A stretch of DNA of 64,000 nt from Proteromonas lacertae (Eukaryota): contig NGBS01000585.1 of assembly GCA_002245135.1 (NCBI GenBank), positions 1-64,000 on the forward strand, in the 5' to 3' direction. Both the position numbers and the translations under genes were made by a program. Each line of letters begins with the position of its first letter. Position 1 is the first letter of the stretch. Below, piece after piece: positions 14,329 through 27,347 of this stretch. The notes beneath the pieces are model-generated. The model worked only from the letters and a program-made list of their open reading frames with translations. It ran no database searches and was not told the DNA's origin.

Positions 14329-15556
14329 TTATACTGATTTCAATTTGTCTTCTGGAGTTTTATTATCTTTCTCTTTTTCCTCATCTTCTTTCTTCCTATT
14401 CTTTTCTTCAATCAATTTCTCTTCATCATAACTCCATAATAAACTATGTTCATGTCTAATTGTTGCTAATATTAATGAAGATCCTAGACAAGCTGGAACA
14501 AGATATAGCAATGCAGGCTAATAAATATATAATAATAAACAATAAAACAGTATACTTGTGCATGATGAAAACCATACATAATCAAAACACATACAAATAA
14601 TCCAATACAATAAAACAATAAAGTTACACTGAAATATATCCTATCTTTATATGTTTTCACTGCGTTATTCAATCTGTGATAGTCAAATCTTAATAATAAT
14701 GCAATAAAGACACCAGGAATAACAATATCACCTAAACCTAACATAGAGTATTTAATTTCTTCACCTTCTAAATATGGAAACATCAATTTGATTGGAGCAT
14801 CGAATTTTTTAGCTACAGTCACCATAACATCAGTTTTGAACACCCAAAATATATCATAGAAGAATAAACCGCCTAATAAACAAGCGCCAACATAATAACT
14901 ACCAACTGATAACTCAGCTATACCTTCAGTGCAAAAGATTAAACCGAATAAATTACTGATTGTCCAATGCTTTGTAGTAAGATATACATACATTAAGAAT
15001 AAACCAATTGTACAAGATGTTAAGTATGATGAGGATAATGTGATTTCTATAGTGAAATATTATTATTATTGTAATTATTATACTAATTGGTTCTGGTTCT
15101 GGATCTCCATCCTCTACTTTTGGCTTTGGATTGATTAATGGAATGAATGGAATTATGATTGTCTTTTCCCATTCATTTTTTGGGAAAAATGGCTTAATAA
15201 ATCTTTGAATTGTTAATCCAGAAGATATTGTTCCCAATAGAATGATATAACATTTTATTAAAAAGTCGATGTATTTTTCATTTATATATTTAAATACAAC
15301 ATATAAACCCATCAAAACACAGGAAGCTGTGATTGGAAACATATAAGCATCTTTGCTTGTCATAGTTTCAACCTAATATGTAATAAATACTCTATTTCTA
15401 TATACATTTTCTCTTTCTAGCGAATGGAAGCTTCCAATGTAGATACAAGTAACAGCATCAATCAATAAATGCAAAGAAACTGGTAAAGTGAAAAAAGTGG
15501 GCAATTAATGCAGTGGTTGCAAGAATTACATAGCAAATGAATACATCGGTTCTCAT
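14329..15556 (-). CDS. SPP: Signal peptide peptidase (GxGD aspartyl protease)
   Basis: LFFYDIFWVF, MLGLGDIVIPG and the spliced QPALLYLVP motif. One homopolymer frameshift near 15495. Confidence 0.93.
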
Positions 15557-15656
15557 TTATTTCTTAATTTTAAAAATGCAGAATTCTCAAGCCAAATAAA
15601 TTCAAACAGTCAAATCAAGCAAAAAAAGCGTTTTCTAATTTTTGAATGTTTAGAAT

Positions 15657-18600
15657 ATGAATAAGTACCAAAAAATCAAGAAATTAGGTCAGGGAGGCTT
15701 TGGTATAATGAAATAGCACCTTATTTTCATATAGGAGCTGCATGGCTTGTTCAAGATCCAAAATCAAAGAAAAAATTGGTTATAAAGATGGTCAACTGTC
15801 GAAATATATCCCAAGTAGATCTGGCATTTGCGAAAAAAGAAGCGGAAGTATTTAGGTTTATTTATCAGAATTTAGGTTTTACAAAGATTAAGACATCCCA
15901 ATATTGTTGCTTATTATGATTCTTTTATGGAGAATCAACAATTTCATATAGTCATGGAATATGCAGATGGAGGAGATCTACAACAAATTATTGATCAAAA
16001 GCAGAAGTATTATATTTGTTATTTATATTAACAATAGACAACGCCAACAGCTTTCAGAACAAGAAATATTAAACTATATGGTTCAAATACTTTTAGCAAT
16101 GAAACATATTCATTCAAAGAATATACTACATCGTGATTTAAAGCCACAGGTATTATACATTAAATTTACTTTCATAGAATGTGTTTATGACATCAGATGG
16201 AGTAGTAAAGTTAGGAGATTTAGGTATTGCCAAATCACTCAACAATTCCAAGGGTTTAGCAAAAACTCAAATCGGTACACCATTTTATTTGTATATTCAA
16301 ACATAATAATAATAATAATAATAAATAGTTCACCAGAATTATGTAAAAATCAAGCATATGGAAAGAAGAGTGATATTTGGGCATTAGGAGTGATATTATA
16401 CCAATTAGTTACATTACAAGTTCCATTCAATGCAGGATCCATGCCACAATTAATCAATAAGATATTATATGGCCAATGTCCACCATTACCAACTCGTACA
16501 CCAAGATATATCAAAGATATGATTGACAAAATGTTGAATAAAAGTGCAAATAGTCGTCCAAGTATAGATGATTTATTAGCTGTTAAAGAAATTCAAAATC
16601 ATATTAGAAAACTATTAGATCAACAGAATATAGCTGCTCAATTAATGCATCCTAAAGATATCAATCAACCAGGTTTAACAATGGTAAGAGAGAAGATTAA
16701 ACATGATGGTGGAGGTGGTAAAGGTAATGGAGGTATAGGTGGTGGTGGTGGCGGTGGAGCTGCTGTTGTTCAAGATGCTGAGAAAGCGAAAGGAATGACA
16801 TTATTAGCTTTAGCAAAAGGTAAAGAAGAATATGAGAAACAATTGGCAAAAGAAAGAGCAATTTATGATCAACAACAGTTGTTATTGAAGAAAGAATTAC
16901 AAAAACAGAAAGATGAGATTGAAAGATTAAAACAGGAGAATGTAATGGAACAGAATAGAATAGCTTATGAAAAACAATTAGCAGATCAAAAGAGATTATT
17001 TATTCAACAACAAGAAGCATTAAAGAATCAATTAGCTATTCAACAGAAACAAATTGATGATTTGAGGAAACAGAAACTTGATTTAAGGCAACAAAATGCA
17101 TATGAACAAATGAAGCAACATGATTTAGAATATCAAAAAGAAAAAGAAAAGTATAAAAAGATATTGAAAAGTCAACAAGAAGAAATTGAATTATTGAAAA
17201 GAGAGAAAGAAAGAATATTGAAAGAAGCAAAGAATAAACCATCACCACCACAACCACCAAGAGGAGGAGGAGGTGGTGGTGCAGTTGATAGATATAATAA
17301 TAACAGAGATGATGATAGATATAGAAGACCTAGTCAAGATGATAATAATTATAGAAGACAATCGTATAGATATAATATATTATTTATAGTGATGGTTATG
17401 ATAATAGAAAGAATATAAGATCTCCACCAAGACAACCACCACCAGCTCCAGCACAAAGACCAATTTACAAACCACAACAAGCTCCAATGCCAAAAGAAAA
17501 AATGACAGCAGCACAACAACAGTGGTATGAAAATAGAGCAATAGCTGAAAGAGCCAGAATGAGAAATAAATCATATGTTTCACCATTAGATCCAGATTAT
17601 GAACAAAAACAAGATATATATTATAGAAATGAGAATGATCCTGGAAGAGAAGATAGAAGAAGAGATGAAGAAAGAAGAGGTGGAGGTGGAGGATATGGTG
17701 GACCTCCAATGAATAAAAAACAACAACAAGAACAAGCATATTTAGAACAATTGAAAAGAGCAAGAGAAGAAGCAGCAAGAGAAAGACAAAGAATAGCTAA
17801 TAAGATGAATGGTATTAATCAAGATGAAAGAAGAGGATTATTTGATGATGATAATGGAAGAGGAGGAGCAGGAGGTGATGTTAATAATAATAATAGAAGA
17901 AATGATGATAGAAGAGATGATAGGAGAGACTATGATAGAAGGGATGATAGAAGAGATGATCGAAGGGATTATGATAGAAGAGACGAAGATAGAAGGGATT
18001 ATAGAAGAAACGATGATAGAAGAGATTATAATAAAAGAGATGATGATGATTATGATAATTATCCAAAACCTAAACCCAAACCACCAAATACAGCTGAGAG
18101 AAGATGGCTATATGGAGATGGTGATGAAGAATTTACTGAAGATGATGATAATAACAATAAGAATAATGGTGGAAATGGTTATGGCGGAGGAGAAGGAGGT
18201 GGAGGTGATAATGATGATCATCCTTCAGCAAGAAATAATGAAGATCATTACTTAGGTAAAAAAGAGAAAGAAAGATTGAGATTAGAACATGAAGAAGCCT
18301 TAAAGAGAGCAAGAGAAGAACAAATCCAAGAAGCAAAGAGATTGAGAGAGAAGATGAAGAAAATTCAAGAAGCTGAAAGAGAGAATTCAGAAGTATTATG
18401 TAGTACACATAATGAGATTAATATTCATGCAAAAGAAGTTCCACTTAACAATAATAGAGATGATACACAAAGTGAACCACCACCAATGGGAGGAGATAAT
18501 GATGTAGATTTCGCAGAACAAGTGAAAAATAATGCACAAAAGAAGAGATTGGAGGAAATAGAAAGGAGAGAAAGGGAATTAAGAGAAGCAAGAGAACAAG

Positions 18601-19652
18601 CTCAAAAAGAAAAGAAAGCATTAAAGCTAAAATTCCAACAACAAGCACAACAGCAAATGGAGAATATAATTGAAGATCAGCATAAGAAAATAAATGAAAA
18701 TATTGAAGTAGATGATGATAATAGTAATTTTGGTAGTGTAATTGATGATGAAGTTGAAGAAGAAATGGATCCTGCAGAAGTATTAAGACAAGCTTTAATT
18801 GAGAATATGCAAGAAAAGAAGAAGTTACAAAAACATAAAGCAGAAGTGTTTGATGTAGATGTAGGTGGTTTTAAGAAAGGTGGAAATGGTAATGTTGTTA
18901 ATAATAATCGTCCAATCATTGATATTCATGGAAATACACCTGTAAAATCACCACAACATATTGCTCCGCTGATAGACATACAAAAACCAGTTCCAATTAT
19001 TGATATTCATAGTAACAACAGTACAAACAGTGCAAATATAACAGTAATAAAGAAATCTCCACCAAATTCTCCACCTAAAGCCACCTCCACATTTGGATAT
19101 TCATAACCCATTCCCAGAATCAAATTCACCAATATCTTCTCCAATTAATGTTAATAGACCTCCAGTAATAAAGGCTAAAACACCCTGTAAGAAAGTAGAA
19201 TCAAAAGTTAAAGCAAGATTAGATGAAATTGCATTGAATAATTCACAGAGATTTACTTCACCAATCAAATCACCAGAATCTAAGAAAAGTCCTTTGATTG
19301 ATATTCATGGACCATCTACACCATCACCACCTTCAAATAATAATAATAAACCACCATCACCAAGTGTATAATTCATATAATTAATATTATTGTATAGTTA
19401 CCAATGAAATCTCCAGCCACATTTACCAAGTATGCAACAACAACAACAACAACAACCAAAAGGATCTTCCAGTAAACAGAATTCTAGTTTAAAACAAGCA
19501 GGACATGTATATAATAAAGTATTATCTTAATTAAATATATATAGAATGTACTTGGAAATATACCATCACAAAACAAGTTAAAGAATGACAAGTTAGACAC
19601 AGTTCCTGGAACTATTCTGAATGATGCTTTTAAAGAGTTGAATAATTGGTAA
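15657..19652 (+). CDS. NIMA-related kinase (NEK1-like) with long coiled-coil/low-complexity tail
   Basis: [67 protein letters not shown]. Long Q/E/R/G-rich C-terminus. Confidence 0.88.
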
Positions 19653-19750
19653 TTAATGATTAATTTATTGTTTAATTTTTTATATGTAATGCTATTTGAA
19701 TAATAGAAGTCGGAAGAAAAAACAAAAAATGATAAGAATAGATAATTAAT

Positions 19751-20192
19751 TTATAATGCTTTTAAAACCTCAGTCATTCTTGATTTGAAGTTTTCACATA
19801 CAATAGTTTCTCTTGGATTGATTAATGGGTTCTTTACAATTAGTGGAACATAAATATTGGAGTAAATATCTTTTAATTCTTGACTAAGTGGTGCTGTATC
19901 AAGATCCGATGTAACAACAAATTTTAGTCCTGTATTTGTTTCAAAGTGATGTAGAGCATATTTGTTTGTTCTTAATACTTTTAAAGAATCAAGATCTCTA
20001 TTCAATTTATAAATACTCAAATTAATACGGATCTGTAGACAATTTCTGAACAAAACCACGAAGAGAATAAAGCAAACCAAACACTAATTTCTGTTCTTCT
20101 GCATTATTCTGGAATGTATTATATGGTCTGTTTAATTCTTGATAATATAAGCATTTGCCTTGTTTATCGAAAATGTAGAAGCAAAATATCAT
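19751..20192 (-). CDS. BET5: TRAPP complex subunit 1 (Bet5)
   Basis: MIFCFYIFDKQGKCLYY, EEQKLVFGLLYSLR, TNKYALHHFETNTGLKFV, IYVPLIVKNPL. One intron. Confidence 0.9.
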
Positions 20193-20253
20193 TAGATATC
20201 CAACAAATAAAAAATGAGTTTCTCAAATTTAATCCGTTTTATACAAATTAATC

Positions 20254-21197
20254 ATGAAAATTTCTCAATCTGAAAAGGACTTTATACTTAGTGGTATAAC
20301 TAAAAATGTTAGATCAGATGGTAGGAAGAGAATGGATTATAGGTATTAATAAACTCTGAGTGTATATAGATTTATCACAATTGAAACAGGTGTTCTACCC
20401 AATGCTAATGGATCAGCTAAAATAAAGTTATGGTTTCCTCATTCAACAGTCATCGTATCAGTAAAAGCAGAAGTTGTAGCTCCATCGCCAGATACTCCAA
20501 GAGAAGGTCTAATCAATGCGAATGTTAGTTACTCACCTTCAGCAAAACCAGATTATGGGGAAAGAATAGAAAATTTAAATGCATATTATACTCAAAAATT
20601 ATTAAGATATTTAAAATCATCATCAACTCTTGATTTAAAGAAACTGTGTATAATTCCATTTAAATTCGTGTGGTTACTGAACATTGACGTAATAATAATA
20701 GAAAGTAGCGGTAATGTATTTGATATAATAACAATGGGAACTTATTGTGCTTTAAATGACACAAGATTACCAAAAACAATAGAATTCACAGCATCAACAG
20801 ATGATGTAAAAGATATGAGTTTTGACATTGATCAAGATCCAACACATTGTTTAGTATTAGATGCATTAGATATGCCAATATGTGCAACATTACAGATGAT
20901 TGGTAATTACTTAGTTGCTGATTGTACTACTGCTGAAGAACAAGTGGGAGGTGCTACTATCTCTGTGTTTGTTAATAGAAAAAATCAAATTTGTGGTGTT
21001 CAAAAGACTGGTGCTGAAAGTGTGGAAGCATCTGCTTTATTATCGGTTTTGGAAGTATTTTTATATTTTAATTTTGTTTTCTATAGTCATCTCGTAAAGT
21101 TGCTACACATTTGTTTGAGCAACTGTCTGCATTTTTACAAAAATCAGATCATAGTACAGCTATCTTGAATGCTGATAAAATTGGTTTGTTAGAATAA
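20254..21197 (+). CDS. RRP42: Exosome RNase PH-like subunit Rrp42
   Basis: SEKDFILSGI, VRSDGRKRMDYR, IETGVLPNANGSA, WLLNIDV, SGNVFD, ALNDTRLP. Two introns. Confidence 0.88.
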
Positions 21198-21332
21198 TTT
21201 TGTTTTATTTTATGTATTATTAATTGGTGCTTGTTTGTATTTAAAGAATTTCAATTTTGACAGTTTTTTTATCATTCAAACCATAGTCAAGTTTTTTTGA
21301 ACTGTTTTTTTGAATTTTATACGAAATAGAAT

Positions 21333-23330
21333 ATGGAGGAAGAAGATGAAGATGTATAACCACTTATTTAATTTTTAAAAGGTCGTTTTTGATATTAATG
21401 CTAATAGCAAAAGACTATCGATGTATAGTAAGTGTCAACCAGATGAATTGGAAGGTGCAGATTTTCCAGGTTTGAAACCAAGTATTAATACAGCTGATCA
21501 GATAAGAAATTTATCAGTATATAACATTATTTGTAATTCTTTAGGATTGGGAAGTTTCTTATACTAAAAAAGTTGAAGAAGTGAAGCAAAGATATACACA
21601 ATTAGATAAAGTTTTATCACAGTTGAGGAAAACTGTATTGAATTATAAATTGACAAATATAAACCCATCTGATACAGCAAGTATTCATCTAATTATATAT
21701 AATGAAATAGCAACACATCAAGCCAAATCAAGAACAGTAGGAACAAGAGAAGGAAGGCTAAAAAGAATAACAATGAAATTAAACACTGCATTGAAAGACA
21801 ATGACGAAATAAAACACCAAATAGATGATTTAAGAAGAGATAAAATACGTCGAACTAAAGTAGTAAAAAGATTAGAAAAGAAATATAGAAATAAACAAAA
21901 TGATAATGATGAACTTCAAAGACAATTGGATGAAGCAAATGAAGCAACAAATCAGTATATATAATAATTATTATTTAAATAGAGCTAAATTAGAAGCAGT
22001 ACAAATCCACGAAACAATAAAAGAAGAATTAGCAGAATTTGATGAATTCTGGATGGAAGGAATCAAAGCATTAGACAGACAAAAACAAAAGATGGAACAA
22101 GAAGAACAACGATTAATAGCAACAAGAACAGCGATGGCTGTAGCAGAAGAATGGCATGAAGATCCAAAGATAACAAAATTAAAAAATTACAATACGTTAA
22201 TGTTTTGGGATTGTGCTAAGAAAGGAATTGACTTGAAGGCTCAAGATGAGCAAGCTAGAGAATATGAACGAGCATTTGAAACAATGGCTGACTCATCTGG
22301 AATTAATGATTATCAACAGATTATTGATACAATTGCTGAATTTGAAGATGCTAATTTTTCATCTGTTCAAAGAATATCTGCTTTAAATGATGAATTGACG
22401 AAATTAGAAACAGAATGTTCAGCATTGAAAGAGAAATTGTCAGAAGCTAAATTATCACAAGGAGGAACAAATCATGAAAATAGAATCAAAATATTAAATA
22501 ATTTGAATAATGAAATTCAACAGTCAGAACAAAAAACAGAAGAATATCATCAATCATTAACAAAATCACAATTATTGCTACAACAACTAAAAAGATCAAT
22601 TTCAACAATATTTAAACGTGTAGGTTGTGAAGATGAGATTTTATTAAAGGAATTTTCTATTCAAGGAGTAACTGAAACAAATGTATTAAATATAATGGGA
22701 GTAATTGAACAAAGAGTGATGGAAATAGCTCAAATGTATTATTTACAACAAAAAGGTATTTTACCTGAATTAATTGAACAATGCAATTCACTATCTAGTA
22801 ATTCACCTCCACCAAAATTGAATATTGATGAAAATACAACAGCTTTTAAAGGAAGACAATCTTTAATTAATGCAGTACAACCATTACATCCTCCTCAAGT
22901 ACCATCTGTTACTGAAATACCTGATGAAACTGAAGATGACAATTACAATAATACAAATAATAATACAGGAACAATTGGTAGTTTAAGAAATAATGATAAT
23001 AATGATGCAGTTCCATTGTCGTTAGAAGAAATAAAAAAATCTGCAATTCAAACAGTTAATAAATTATATATAACCAATAATAATAATACATTAGTAAGAG
23101 CTCCACCTCCAGCAATGAGTAGAATTGGTAGTAGAGTAAGTATAGTTTCACAAACACGAAGTCATGTTACTACACCTTCAGGATTAAGACCTCACTTGTT
23201 AAGAAATGCACCAAGTCTTGCCGCTGCTAGAAGAAAGTTGAGTATGAATAGTAATGAGTCTGGAACACCCAATACTGGAGGTGGTAATACTCCAATTAGT
23301 AATAGTCCAAGTCAACAGGAATTAAATTAA
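21333..23330 (+). CDS. Outer dynein arm docking complex coiled-coil subunit (DC2/ODAD1/CCDC63-like)
   Basis: Long coiled coil with FEDANFSSVQRISALNDE and GVTETNVLNIMGVIEQRVMEI motifs. Confidence 0.75.
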
Positions 23331-23414
23331 TTATTTTGCTATTTTATATGTTGTATATTTGTCTTAAGAATTAAAGTAAAAAGAATGATATAAATACTTA
23401 TAAATAATCAAAAA

Positions 23415-23855
23415 TTATTCTTTCTCTTCCTTATTCTCTTCTTTATGCTCTTCATTTGGTTTATCGTCTTTTATATTTTTGTTATCTCCAGTCTTTTCTT
23501 CTACTTTAACTGATGCTTTTTTCTTTTCTTCCAATTTTTGCTTTTTAAGTGCTTGTTTTCTCTCTTTCTGGCGTTTTCTTTTAGCTGCATTCTTTTTAGT
23601 CTTTTCTTCGCACTCCTTCTGCAATTTCTCTCTGATCTCATTGAATTCTTTCAAATTTTTGTCCCTCTCCCTCTCCCTTTCCATTTCAGCCAATCTAGCT
23701 ATTTCTCTTTTTCTAGCACTAAGGAATTTAGTGTAATCGCCGTTTTTTGTGGTTATTATATCTATTTCTTCTGTGCCTGGGACATATTCTTCCTCATCAT
23801 CTATTAAAAATCAAATCATGTAAAATTTACTGATGTTTGAAAAACGAAAAGACAT
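23415..23855 (-). CDS. PRKRIP1-like protein
   Basis: Spliced product has GDYTKFLSARKREIARLAEME...EEKTKKNAAKRKRQKERK, the PRKRIP1-family pattern. Confidence 0.7.
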
Positions 23856-23955
23856 TTTAAAAAATATCCGTTTTATTCAATACTCAAAAAATAAGAAAGA
23901 TTTTTTGGGTTTTTATTGTATTTTTCTCGATTATTAAACCGTTCTAAAATATATA

Positions 23956-24710
<755 letters not shown>

Positions 24711-24844
24711 ATCATTTTCATTATATTATTACAATTTATGTTATAAACAATTTATATGTTAGTTTTGTTTAAAAAATAAATAAAAAAACAACAGACTTTC
24801 ATAGCAAAGAAAGCATTATTACTTTTAATTCCTGTTCATTCTTC

Positions 24845-27196
24845 TTACATCAACAAGAACATAGCAAATACAGCTACAAACAATGCCATCTTGACTGATG
24901 CTGTAAATGCACCTTTAGGAATAGGACAAGTAAAATCACTCTCCTTACACTTATCAAGAGGTGGTTTTGTTGGTATAACACTGGTATAAGAAGTAGCAGA
25001 TAGTTGATAAGGTGAACGACCAACATTAACACATGGACCACAGTTGCAGACATCTGTGCAATGGTCATCGGGAGTGCACCAACCAAATACACCAACATAA
25101 TAATGACCTGGACGAAATAATGAACTATTGGTGAATATATCAATATATCTGATTTCTACTTGAGCTAGTTTGTAAGTATAATCATATATTGTTGGTTTTT
25201 GAAAACTACGTGATACTAGTAATTCAGGCCAAGAATAGTAAGCAGGACACTATTAATAAAATAATCTTTAAATTATACTTCTTCAGCATCTAAATAACTA
25301 TTAAGTTCTACACGAATATTCTCAGTGTTATCTTGTACACAGAATTGATAATATTTATATCCATTTGCTGCAACAGTATCTTGTGGTGGATTTACATTCA
25401 ATATGTTATTACTCTCATCTTCATATTTCAATGTTAATGTGAACTTTCCTCTTTCAGTTTCTCCTTCACATTCTGCTTTTGCAGCAACATAATATACACA
25501 AGCTTCATTTTCATTATATCCACAGTAATTGCTAGTACGATAAACTCTATCATATGCATTGATAAGTCTTGTCATTGTATTTTCATTGTCTTTTCTATTC
25601 AAATACCATCCTTTCATGTTGTAATGTGGATATGGTGAATATAAATTGGAAATCATTAATTTATAAACATTTGTCATTTGATCAACTGTTACTCGGACAT
25701 TCTTACAAGCTTGAGTTGGACTGAATCTGAAATATCGATAATGACCACACTATTCATATAAAATTATTATAAATATAATTTATTATTTATTACCTTCAAA
25801 TCTGATATTTGATATGGACTATTTTCTCTTATATCAGTATAGTCTTTATCTTCAATAAATTCTGGTGGATAGGTAACTTGATTATTACATAAATCTTCAG
25901 CAACTAATGAATTAAAATAAGTATATATGATTATTAAATAAATAATAATATAAAATAGAAATATAAAATCTCTCTTTATTTCCTTCTCTCAATTAATTCT
26001 AAATGTAGGTGAATTCAATGTAATTATTATTATTATTATTATATATTCATTGCAAGCTGTTATTATTTTACTTAATTTACATTATTATTACTATATATTA
26101 TATATTAGTATGTATTAATAACGGCTTTCCTACGCTGGTTCTGACCAGATCAGGTTCAAAGGGTATAATCTCAGTGATATATATACATATATATACATGT
26201 TTATTTAACATTTATGAATAAGAGAGATATAGATAGAGTAAGTAATATTCTTTTAAATGTAAATATATGTATATATCACACCCCTAGCCTTTTTTATTTG
26301 GAAGAGAAGAAATAGAAAATAAAAGAAAATAAAAGATAGAAAGTAATGATGCTATACCCTCAGTAACTGTGACTTTCAATGTAAATTTAGCTGAATCACT
26401 TAATGCACAGCTGGCTGTATCAGTACATCTGTCTTTAATAACCAAATAATAATGACCAATCTTTTGACCTTTCTCATTGGCTGGAATTGTTAATAATTTG
26501 TTGTTCTTTAATCTTGTATCTAATGAATACACATAGTCTTCTTCTGTAGCATCACGTGTATAATGGGATAATAATCCAACTGGAGTTACTTTTGAATTAT
26601 CTGTTGTTAATGAAACTGTAACATTCGAACATTTTTCAACACAGAAATGGTATTTGTGTGTGCTATTTGATCCTAATACTTTTGGATCTAAGTTCTTATT
26701 GGAAATATCAGTGTCTCTGTCAGGAGCTATTTCATAATATATAGTATTACAGAAATATATACAATCAATTAAGGAAACCTTAAGAGTAAATTTTGATTTC
26801 TCATCCTTTGTTGGTACATCACTTCCACAATAACCTAAAATGCCAATATATAAAGGCCCTGGTTCAAATTCTGGATCCCAATGAGAAATAGTGAAATCTT
26901 CATCTCCCCACTCATAAGATGTCCATGTTAAATCATGAAGAGTGGGATTTTTCACATGACGACTTACATATAAATCTGGTTGACCTTCAACGGTATGAAC
27001 CTTTATATTCACATCTTTGCAATATGTTGGAACGTTGACAAAGAAATAACCATAGGTGTTACACTATAAATAAGGTAATTTTCAACAATTATACTTCAAG
27101 CGAAATAACGCTGGTCTCTTGGTCAAAGCCTATTTCAGTAGGTTCCTGTATGGCATTGACAGCAAGAAATAAGCAGATTAACAATAACTTGTTCAT
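24845..27196 (-). CDS. Secreted, probably GPI-anchored surface protein with ~4 Cys-containing PPC-like beta-sandwich repeats; host of TPP riboswitch intron
   Basis: Signal peptide MNKLLLICLFLAVNA. Repeats of Y-x-Y-x-F...PDLYVS...PT..D.TW...G.YY.G..G.C...FTL.V. C-terminal hydrophobic tail KGAFTASVKMALFVAVFAMFLLM*. The exons join in frame across the 25904-26357 intron. Confidence 0.8.
25904..26357 (-). other. Unusually long (454 nt) GT-AG intron
   Basis: Donor G|GTATAG at 26357 and acceptor TTCATTAG|TT at 25904. Splicing gives ...VTVTE-VAEDLCNNQ... in frame. Other introns in the window are mostly ~25-60 nt. Confidence 0.85.
26123..26289 (-). ncRNA. TPP (THI-box) riboswitch aptamer with extended P3
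   Basis: Minus strand reads GGCU-AGGGGUG-[UGAUAUAUACAUAUAU...AUAUAUGUAUAUAUAUCA]-CUGAGAUUAUACCCUUUGAACCUGAUCUGGUCAGAACCAGCGUAGGAAAGCC. Elements: P1 GGCU/AGCC, P2 GGGGUG/UACCCU, J3/2 UGAGA, J2/4 UGAA, P4 CCU/AGG with the GCG bulge, P5 CUGGU/ACCAG. Confidence 0.93.
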
Positions 27197-27347
27197 TTAT
27201 TCCAAAAATGCAACAATTCAAAGAAATTCAAATTTTGTTCTTCAACTTTCTCAAAAAATCCTAAGAAATGTAGATATTCAAAATTTAAACCCATAATTCA
27301 TATAATAAAACAATTTTCATAATAATAATAATTACTCATAAAAATAT

